From: Amphiscolops sp. MND2022
Lineage: Eukaryota
Assembly (NCBI GenBank): GCA_964187785.1
Contig: OZ076409.1
Location: 56,422,001 to 56,486,000 of the forward strand
Direction: 5' to 3'
Length of the DNA: 64,000 nt
Under the pieces are notes generated by a model. The model was not told the origin of the DNA, searched no databases, and saw only the letters and a list, made by a program, of their open reading frames with translations. This document shows, piece after piece, positions 41,370 through 51,244 of the stretch. The position numbers and the translations under genes are program-made. Every line of letters begins with the position of its first letter. The first letter of the stretch is position 1.

Positions 41370-41528
41370 CATCTTGGCATCCCTGGTGCATGGTACAAAA
41401 TTGACTGGTTCCAGAATCATACTTCATCAAAAATTCCGGATAAGAATTATATCTCGTGCTTGCTGCTAGGCACAATTTAAAGATGTCATTTGGACTAAGG
41501 CAAAGCGCTTGTGAACAGGAGCTGAACT
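41370..41528 (-). CDS. Candidate Cys-rich non-EGF exon
   Basis: Acceptor TTTTTATTAG, donor GTAGGT. 159 nt, phase 1-1, open: FSSCSQALCLSPNDIFKLCLAASTRYNSYPEFLMKYDSGTSQFCTMHQGCQD. Confidence 0.5.
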
Positions 41529-44215
41529 CTAATAAAAATGAAGCAGTATGGAAAAATTCAAAGCAATTTAGGATTATTTATTGTATTTCTCAGCAATAAC
41601 AGTCAATGATTTATTCATTCTTCCTCCGCAGTTAATGAATATAAAATAGACAGTCTTACTTTCAATTACGAATGAAAGCTGCAAATCCACATTCGAAAAC
41701 CAATTCTTGGAGACAAGAAAAAACTACCAGAGTGGAACTTTGTCCCTTAAAAGAACGAAAGCACTTTCAACTTTTGCATCCATTTTCATCACATTGCGGT
41801 GTTATGTTAGCCACTATGTTCACTTGTTAGTTCACTAGTGTTAGTTCACTATGTTAGCCACGCTTGAACTAAAACTAAAACAAGTTTGAACAAAAAGATT
41901 ATGCGCAATACCAATGAAGGATATTCAGCTACCTGAACAAAGACCGCTGTCAAAGGACTAGGAAATCTGTCGTCTAAATTAGACTTTTGTTCAGGGAAGG
42001 CATCAGAGATGAAACAAGGTTGCCTGAGGGCGCCGAGATCTCTACTTGTTCGTCCTATTGTCTGTTCAAAAATTAGTGAAAAATCCACAGACCAAAGGCG
42101 GCGAGCGGATTACGTGCTGCAACCTTGTGCAAATCTGCTGGTGGGCTGTACGTTGAAATTTGCCCAAGTTCAGAAAAGTTTGTATTTCACGCCAGGATTT
42201 AACTAACGGATTGCAGTTGTCCCGGGTTTGCTTCAGTTTTTTTGACGAATTTCAAGAAATCGGATAGCGATTCATTATTCAGTGTATACAAAGTTTAACC
42301 GAAACTTCAAAGCACATTCCGGAGAAAAATAACGCATTTCCAATTATAAACTTTCATTTTGTTCCAACATTTTGTCAAGAGCTCTGTTCACTAATTGGGG
42401 ACTGACTGTTTTTCATGAAAATTCTTCCTTCCGCAATATTGCTGTGGCAGCATAATTTTGGTTGCAGAAAATACATCTCGTTGCAGCTTGGGACTAGCAG
42501 AACAGATAATATTTCCTTGCATTGTATACAAAGCAAGTGGACCGGAAAAACGGAAAAGCTCACTTTTGATACCTATGAGATTCCTAAAAGTCGAGACAAT
42601 TCTAATTTTCACCAGCCAACATCAAATGAATCTGAGCAAATTCAAAAATTCAAGTTTTGTTTAAAAATACAAAAGGATGTCAAGACTAATACAGTAATGC
42701 AAGCTTATTCGGGTGTCAATTTGCAACCACTTTCTATTGACAAATACTTTTTTAAAAATAAACGCAACAAATATAGGAAAATGAATGAAAAAAAACTGAA
42801 AAATGAGGGCAAAAATTTGAAGATAAAACTGTTTTTCTTGAAGATAATTGAAGTAAAAAAGAGCATCCTAGGTGCCAAAACATGGAGTGACATGTCTTTA
42901 ATGAGGAAGAAATGGTAAAAATTGATGAGAACAAAAATTCAGGAAAACAACAAAACGGAGCTTGTCACAAAATGAAATCACTAGTTTGTTTTCTCACTTG
43001 TACAGAGGATAGCTGAATGGGGAATATTCTGTGCATGTAATTATGTGTTCGGGTATAAACAAGTGATTTTCATTCTTTCCCATTTTCCAGCTAATGAAAT
43101 GTAATCAATCGAAAAAGTGTGGTTTTTTCCTTCTGGACAAAAATTGCGTTTCATCTTGTTCTTTAAAGCTCCTCCCTCCGTTCAGAGAGAGTCAACAGAA
43201 AAGACGCGCAATAATTTTCTCGTTAATCCTCATTTTTTCAAATCACTTTTTGGTGCGTTGGCAAGAGGCGTTTGAGGGATAGCAAAAACCTCTCGTTGCA
43301 AATTGGCAAACAATCAGAAAAGAGGCCATCTTGGATTATTTGTTTGCGTTGATCAATCTTTAATCAAGAGTATCTCTTGGCAACGTGGGCCAAAAAGGTG
43401 CAACTTTGATAAGAGCAAGTGACCTCTTGAGAGGATCCTGTCAGCCTAAAACCACAAGTATCAAAAAAGAAAAACTTCTATACCATGACCAAGGTCAATG
43501 TTATTCCATTGCGAATATATAAGAATATACCTCGAACCTGAAAGTGTTTTTTGCTAATGTTAGTGCTGAAAGAAATGATCGAATATTTGAAGTAACAACT
43601 TGAAGGTTTTTAGAGATATAGATTTTGATCGTATGTGTTCATGTTTTGCTTGATAGATAAGTCATTGATTATTTTTTGATTTGATTCTTATGAGTGAACT
43701 TCTGTTGTCACCCTGAAAATCAATTCCGTGGCCTCATGAATGATTCAACATTAGCTCAAGAAATACATCTTTCGAAATTGATTTTCATGAAAACTGAACA
43801 AGCAAAACATCCATTCTATATTTTTGTCCAGTTCCAATAATCAAACATTTTCAGAAAGTTTGTTTCAATTAATTTCAATGAAGTTTTACGAATTTTCAAG
43901 TTTCTTCAAAAGTCAGTAGTTTCTTTCTTTGTTTCTTTCTTTGTTCACAGTTGAAAATCTTGCTTATTGCGCTATGTTAAGAACCTCTTGGCTAATGCTA
44001 AGTAACGTTAAGATTGTGAAGTTTGCTGTAAAATTGATATGTTTGCTATCGTTCTATTTTAGTAGATTGATGAATCTATTATGGCTTTTAAATACAGCTG
44101 GTAAGTAACAGAAAACAACTATTTCAATAGAAACAAAAAAATTTTTCCAAACGAATACCTTCAGATTCCGGTTATTAACGTGTTACAAGAACTTTTATCA
44201 ATTATGTTTAAAACT

Positions 44216-44415
44216 NNNNNNNNNNNNNNNNNNNNNNNNNNNNNNNNNNNNNNNNNNNNNNNNNNNNNNNNNNNNNNNNNNNNNNNNNNNNNNNNNNNNN
44301 NNNNNNNNNNNNNNNNNNNNNNNNNNNNNNNNNNNNNNNNNNNNNNNNNNNNNNNNNNNNNNNNNNNNNNNNNNNNNNNNNNNNNNNNNNNNNNNNNNNN
44401 NNNNNNNNNNNNNNN
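44216..44415. other. Assembly gap (200 N)
   Basis: Run of exactly 200 N, typical of a fixed-size scaffolding gap. Confidence 0.99.
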
Positions 44416-46443
44416 CTCAATTAAGCGTAATTATTCCCAGTTTTTAGTTCACTGTAGAATGACTTCGTCTTTTCATTTTAGTTTTCTCCAGGAAATTAAT
44501 GTTTTATCTGATTTCATTTTGAGAAACTATTTAAAAACTTGTTCAGTATAATCAAAGCTTTTAGAAGCGAAAGTTCTGCTTTTCACTGAAATATCAAAAC
44601 CATATTAAAAAAAAGATTTTAAAAGAAACAGTTTATACTTTTGGTTTCTATTCAAGGTTTTTCTTTTTATTTTCCGTCCACATTTCAAATGGAAAGGAAA
44701 ATAATGAAATGAATTGCGTTTTTCCCAAAAATTTGCAATGTTCCAAATATATACCCAAATCGCAAGGTTTCACCCATAGAATTCAACTGACGTAAACTTA
44801 ATTTCATGTGAAATGTATTTGCAGAGGAGACTTTTGGACTTTTTAGTTGACCCAAAAGACAGCCCCAGAATGACCCACGATGAGTCCAAAAGAGACAAAA
44901 ATTACAAAAGGTTCAACTTTTACCCATTTTCGAAGCAAGTTTCATGATATTTTCAAAGAGTTCGTCGATTAAAAACACTGAAACCGTTCAACAACAATCA
45001 AAATCTTTGTGCAGTAGGAATTTTTAAGACAATTCTGCTGTTTTTCATAAACAAATATGACCTAAATTGACCAAAACAAAAGAAAATCCCAAAATATTCA
45101 ATATTATGTTGTTTTTCTGGTGGTTTATGTAAAATTTTGAACGTTTCCGTGGGTTAGAAGGTTCCAAACGTTCAAAGACGAACACACGCGCTAAGCAGTA
45201 AGGTTTTTTAAAAGGGAAAGTTGAAGTGTTTTGCTCCAAAAGGACTTCAGAGTGACCCCTAAGTAGTCGGAAAAACGAAAATTTTTAAATTTTTAAAGTT
45301 CTTATGCACAATTTCTGAAACTTTTAAAAAATTTTGTGGGTTATTATTTTGAAACACTTTAATTCCGATTGCTGTCGATAATCAGCCGACATTTTCGGAG
45401 AGATATTTGTAGAGTTGATGTAAAATACGATATTTTGTTGTAAAAACGGCCGTTGTATAAGCTACAAGCTAAGTATCAATTAACGCAGTGCACCTTGTGC
45501 ACCTTGTTTATGGTTCTCCAGGTAAAACAATGCCTCGGATTGACTAAAAAACACGAAAAGCCAAAACTCCGCCGAATTTTGAGTGTTTTTGGAAACTCCC
45601 TGGATTTCGTACGTTAGAAGAATGAGAAAGAACAGTCAACAGCAACCCAACGCGTTATCCACGTCGCTTTTAGAAAATCTGTTGCCATTTCATGTAATCA
45701 AACAGGATCGAAATGACCACAAAATAGTAAAAAAACTCAAAGTTTTTCTTTTTTCACGTTTTGATTTTGCGATTTTTAGGACATATTTGAAATGTTTTGT
45801 GAGTTAGATTGTTTGAAAGTCAAGGAAGGAAGAACTACCAATGCAGTTTGCTTTTTTGATGCCAACTTTGACGCATTGTGCTGATTGATCAAAATGAACT
45901 TAAACTAGTCCAAAGTCCGAAAGATTCATACCTTCGTTCTTTTTTTGTAAAACTTCAGAGAGACTTCGTGAATAGAAAATCTAAAAGTATATGACGAATG
46001 GAGTGGTTATTCAATTCGCGTTGTTGTAAAGATACCTGCACTTTGTGTTTGAATACTGCCTCAACAGTGTTTTAATTTTTGACAATTTCATTTATGTTTT
46101 GCTGAAAATTAGATTAATTTCATATGTTAGAGGCTTCAAAAGGTTCTAAACGATAGAACTAGGCATGCAGTACGTTTTTGAAGGGAAAAGTATCTCTAAA
46201 TAACCCAAACTAATCGGAAAATCCAAAAATTACAAGTTTTTGACTTTTTCAATGCATTTTTCGCAAACCTATTGAGCTGACTCGTGCGTTAGAATGGTCT
46301 AAGCATTCAACAATGACTAATCTCCGAATCCAGTAGACTTTTTGGAAGAAATATCTGCAGGTTTTCGTTCATGAACCAAAAATGTTTAAACTTTCTTTTC
46401 AAATTTCTTGGCAATTTCATAGTTCAAAATTATGCTGTTACTA

Positions 46444-47199
46444 CAGTAGCGTTCTAAAATATCGCAACCTCATAGCATAAAATGGCAAAATTCAAAACCA
46501 AATATCTCATAAACTGTCACGAATACAAACTTTTGCCAGCTAGGAAAGTTTCTTAGAATTTTATCTAGTTTACAAAAATGTTTGTTTGAAATTTCTACGA
46601 CCGTTACCAAAAAAGTTAGAAATTGCAAATTTTAGTAAATTATAATTGAAATTTGAGTTTTTTCGAAAATTGAGTAACTTAGAATATTTTTTTTGGATTT
46701 TTTTCATTGGGAAACTTCATATAATCTCCCGAACCCACTGAATTGTTTTGATCGAGAATTTTTTTCGAATCAGAAAAAATACACTCTATTTTGTGTCTAT
46801 GAGCACTGAAGTACATGTATTAAGATAGGTTATAAGAATTGTATTTAGAAAATTGATGATTTTTATTTGAAATCGAAAAAGTTTTCCGATCAAATTATAT
46901 CAGCATCCTCAGGAGATTTGGGGACAAATGAGTGACTGAAAATTTTTCAAAAATATATTTTCAACTTTGTCAAAATCCAGAAAAAGTACAAATTTGATTA
47001 AATTTTGTCAAAATTTCCTATTTCTAACTTTTGTAATTTTTGTCGCAGAAATTTCAAACAAACATTTTTGTGAACTAGATAAAATTCTAAGAAACTTTCC
47101 CAGCTGACACTTTTTCGTATTTGTGACAGTTTTCAAGAAATTTGGATTTGAAATTTGCAATTTTAAGCATTGGAGTTGCGATATTTTAGAACGCTACTG
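46444..47199. mobile_element. Tc1/mariner-like fold-back MITE, 756 bp
   Basis: TA-CAGTAGCGTTCTAAAATATCGCAAC...GTTGCGATATTTTAGAACGCTACTG-TA. Imperfect inverted symmetry extends at least 190 bp inward; TA on both sides. Confidence 0.88.
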
Positions 47200-47644
47200 T
47201 AGAACAGTTCGGACGGAAATTATCCTGCTGGTCAGTGGGCGTCTTGCTTATGATCAACCAATGCTATCACTGAATGAAAATGCTTGTCTAAAAGTAGTTT
47301 TCCTTTCATTCAAACAAAAAATTATAACTTTGAATGGGTCTATAGTTGAATTTTGTAAGATTGAAAAGTTTCTTTAACATTACACCAAACCTATGATGCT
47401 ATAAATGCCGGTCCGGAGTTAAGCGACGTTCCACTACTTGACCAGCGGCAGGCTTTGACAACGGCCAACCTGGAGGGGTGCATAGCACCCCACAAGGGGG
47501 ATGGCCAAGTAATACAACCAATTTTGACTTATCAACTATTTATCATTTTCGATTCTGTATAATTCGACTCTCTACCATTTGGTTGCAAATGCCGATTCTA
47601 AATTGCAATTCGATTTTGAAGAGGGAACTCCTGTAAATACGTAC

Positions 47645-47814
47645 TTGGTTGGTGGTGATGTTGATGCATTCGTACGGGGCACAGGGCATGTTAACACAGG
47701 GGTTGTAGTTTTCACACGCCCTTCCGTAGTAGCCCAAGTAGCACATGCAGTGGAAGTAGGGGGGCTCGTTTATGTTGCTACATGTTCCACCACTACACAC
47801 TTGCGAGCTGCATG
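47645..47814 (-). CDS. Exon A of multi-EGF-repeat protein (one complete and one half EGF domain)
   Basis: Acceptor TTGTTTTAG at 47816-47815, donor GTACGT at 47644. Translates CSSQVCSGGTCSNINEPPYFHCMCYLGYYGRACENYNPCVNMPCAPYECINITTNQ with EGF Cys spacing. 170 nt, phase 1 to 0. Confidence 0.85.
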
Positions 47815-47972
47815 CTAAAACAAACAACGTCACTTTGATTCACATTCGAAAAGGCAGTAAAAAACTAGCAAAAAATAGAAGGATATTTGATGCGGACTTC
47901 ATTCAGTTACTCTAACGTGTGAATATTTTAATGACAAAAATTTGATAGAATTCCAAAGGAATGCCATTAAGC

Positions 47973-48098
47973 GGTTTTTCGAAAATATGATTGCTGAAAA
48001 TAAAAATCTTTGAAGTGACAACTAGTTTTAAGCTTAAGCTTAAAACTAGTTGTCACTTCAAAGATTTTTATTTTCAGCAATCATATTTTCGAAAAACC
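47973..48098. repeat. 126-bp perfect palindrome
   Basis: 63-bp arms with no mismatch and no spacer, centred on TTAAGCTT|AAGCTTAA at 48035/48036. Confidence 0.97.
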
Positions 48099-49886
48099 AT
48101 CAAGTAGGCAAATATTTTTAATGGGACGTCCCATTGCGATAAAACAAAAGGAGTAAAGGGAAAAACAGAACTTGAAAAAAAACAGAGCTGTAGTTTTTCA
48201 GTCAATATGTTGCAACACTAACCAATTACCCAATTTCATAATTACTTTTGAAAAAATTTATGAAACAGAAAATCCCTGCACTCTTGTTCATCGTTCAATC
48301 TCGGCAGATACTCAAAATAAACGAAATTATTTGACGATATAAACCACAAAACATATCTGATGGGATGGCACTCTAATATGCTTTGAAAATACCGAAACTA
48401 TCAAAACAATTCATTCAAATGCTTTCCTTTCCTTTCAAATTTAATTGATGGGCTAAACTATATGACCAAAAAAGCATTCAAAATCAACAGAAGACTGTTC
48501 AGGAATACTGTCACCGATGAGAACAATTTAGTCTTCAGTTGATTTGAGTGACGGTTTGTGCAAAAACGAGCGAGAGAGCGGATCTACTTGAGGTTTTGAG
48601 TGACGCGTCCTTTCAGGTATAAAATGACGTCATAACGCTTGAGTGAAAGCAAACCAAAGACTGGAGAGACCAAAACGGGTTTGAAAGAGGAAACGGAGGC
48701 GGGAAGCGGCGCAGATGAGGGCTCACTGGAGCCAGGAATAAGTACAAAAATACAACAACAACAACATCTAAAACAACAATACTAAGCGATGAAATTAGCT
48801 GTTTTTTTGTTGTCCCGTCAATCTTGTTGAGATTTCATGAAATATGAAACAGTACACGCGGCAACTGTATCTCCGATAAAGTGGTTGTTTAAAGGGATAA
48901 TGCTCTTGAAGCAAGTTGAGGGTAGTTTGTTGTTGTTTTTTTCTTCGTTGATGGAAAAAAGTGAATGGTTTGAAAATACAAATAGGAAGGAGGTTGCAAC
49001 AACGTGTCGTTAATTTTGGAAAATGTGCCAAGATGACAGAAGCATCGATGTTTTTTCCATGGAAGTCTCTGCAGTTGTTCATGATCATACATATTTTTTG
49101 TGTTGGCAGCCGTGGCGCGGCCATACTCAACAACAGAGGGATTCGCGGTGCCTTTATGGGAAACTTTATGAATAATCGAAGCGGAAATTTTCTAATAAAT
49201 TCTAGTGCTTTTCTGACAGACGCGAGATGTTTTGCCATTGTCGTGGAGGCTTTGTTTCCATACAGTCTTTATCCGCCCCCAAAAGATTATGCAATCTTAC
49301 AAAGCAAATCCCAACTAGCAATTTGATACGCTATTCAGATTTTACATAAAAGATTACTATATACAACGATCCATCCGAAAATTATGGACCAAATATAACG
49401 CAGGTCAAACCTTGTTTATTGCAAACCACCACCGATATTCACCACCATTCTAACAACAACCCCCCTCCCACCTTTCCCTCTCTGCCCCTTGGTTCCCTAT
49501 CTCGGCTGACTCTTTGCTTGTTCCATTCCCCAGGAACAATCCACATTTTCAATTATTGCAATATTCCACAAGAACAGCTTCATCTCCAATTCTCTTGTTT
49601 TTGATTGACAGTGCTTTGAGGGGAGCTATGCAAAAAGACCAGGTAGAAGGCTGAACACAACAGACATACTTAAGTCCATTAAAATTGTCTGTTTGAAAAA
49701 CCTACACCCCCAAACAAAAACAACAGCTTGTAATTCATTCTCATTTCGGGTAAATCGAGGTGCTGTAAAAACCGATTGTTTTTTCATTCAAAAACATTTC
49801 ATTCAAATCAGTGGTTGATCAATTAATCAATTATTCATTAACAATCACTGTTCTGTTTTGCAGGAAGTTTGACGCTTTTCCCGAAG

Positions 49887-49936
49887 ACAGAATCCACGCA
49901 ACCAATCACAATTGTGATTGGTTACGTGGATTCTGT
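49887..49936. repeat. 50-bp palindrome (1 mismatch)
   Basis: ACAGAATCCACGCAACCAATCACAA|TTGTGATTGGTTACGTGGATTCTGT. Confidence 0.92.
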
Positions 49937-51028
49937 GTTAACCTTTAAACAGAATAAAATTTGATATCAAACTCATTTCTACATTTGTATTTATTCGGAG
50001 TATGACAAAAAGACAGCCAGGGCGCTGCGTAAAAGAACCATAATTATGAAATTCTCAACATTCAAAAAATATGAGATCATTTTAATGTCAAAATTGTTCG
50101 ACTACACAATTTGATCAAGAAAAAGGAGCGGAGCTCTTGAGACACTAATTTCTAGATTCGTATGTATCACAGAAGAAAAAATGCAATTGAAAAATCAGAA
50201 GTCCGTTGTAACAGAATTTTTAAAATCAAAAAATGTGGGCGTAAAATGGTTATTGCGCTTTCGAGGTTATAGCCGCTTATAAGTAGTGTTCAGCCACGCC
50301 TGATTTTAGCGTACATAGCGAGGATGTGAGATTTTGTGCTGTTGAGAAAAATGGGAAATTTGGATAGCCAACACTGGTTCCGTTTAGGTTCAAAGTGATT
50401 TGACACTTGGGTTAACTTTATCAATAGACAAAACAGACCATTACTAACAATGCCCATGTTGAGCTTTCCTTGAGAATCTGTACAGATCTGTAAGACTTTT
50501 TTCCTTGAGGATCTGTAAAGATCGTGCCACTGCTACGTAAGGACAACTGCAGATCTGCAAGGATCTTTACAGATGTTCAAAGATTTTCTGTACAGATTTT
50601 TCAGGAAAATTTTTCCGTAGCTTCTGGGAACCAATGTATTGCATTTTTTGGCTTCTTCAACAAGTATTTTTGCTGACCAAGGCTTAGTCAGTTAAAACTC
50701 TCCATCACTCAAAATTCTTGAGCAGGAAAGATTGTCCCCAGCACGGTAATTTGGTGTCTGGGGAATATTTGGTATTCGTTATGCACTAATTTATCTATTT
50801 CACTCGAACTTTCCAGAAGCGGATTTTCAACTTTGAGAGGCCCGTCTGCCGTGTTGACTTCGTTTTGGCGGATGTAATTTGACATGTGGCAACCTTCTGG
50901 GTTGGTAGATATGTTGATAAAGTGCTGTTGTTGTAATGCTTCGGGAACATGGTTTACTGGAGTAGTTTTAGTAATTGGTGGAAACTTGGAATAAGTTATA
51001 GTAATTTATTGGTCATTTTCGCATGGTT

Positions 51029-51244
51029 AATTTTCGACAAAATCCTGGAATATCTGTCAGGATCTGTACAGATCTGTACAGATTCGCACAGAAATTTTTT
51101 TTAAAACTTCAATGAAGAGACGTGTTTATCTTGTAGAGGACTTTTTAATCAACTAATTTCAATTTCAAAATCGTATTTATGATTTGTAAATTTTCGACAA
51201 TTCCTAGAATATCTGTCAGGATCTGTACAGATCTGTACAGATTC
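51029..51244 (+). repeat. ~56-bp direct repeat containing GATCTGTACA tandem units
   Basis: AATTTTCGACAA..CCT.GAATATCTGTCAGGATCTGTACAGATCTGTACAGATTC at 51029 and 51189. Related motif-rich block at 50470-50700, with an inverted homologue at about 38680-38910. Confidence 0.8.

Noticed and set aside
44180..44551. ORFs spanning the N run
   Set aside because: Artefacts of translating N.
47641..47644. Alternative donor GTATTT giving a direct in-frame A-to-B splice
   Set aside because: It is a weaker donor than GTACGT and would delete EGF Cys4 and Cys5, breaking the disulfide pairing. Not fully excluded.
48618..48632. TATAAAA next to a TGACGTCA (CRE) site as a promoter
   Set aside because: Motif match only; no downstream gene or transcript evidence.
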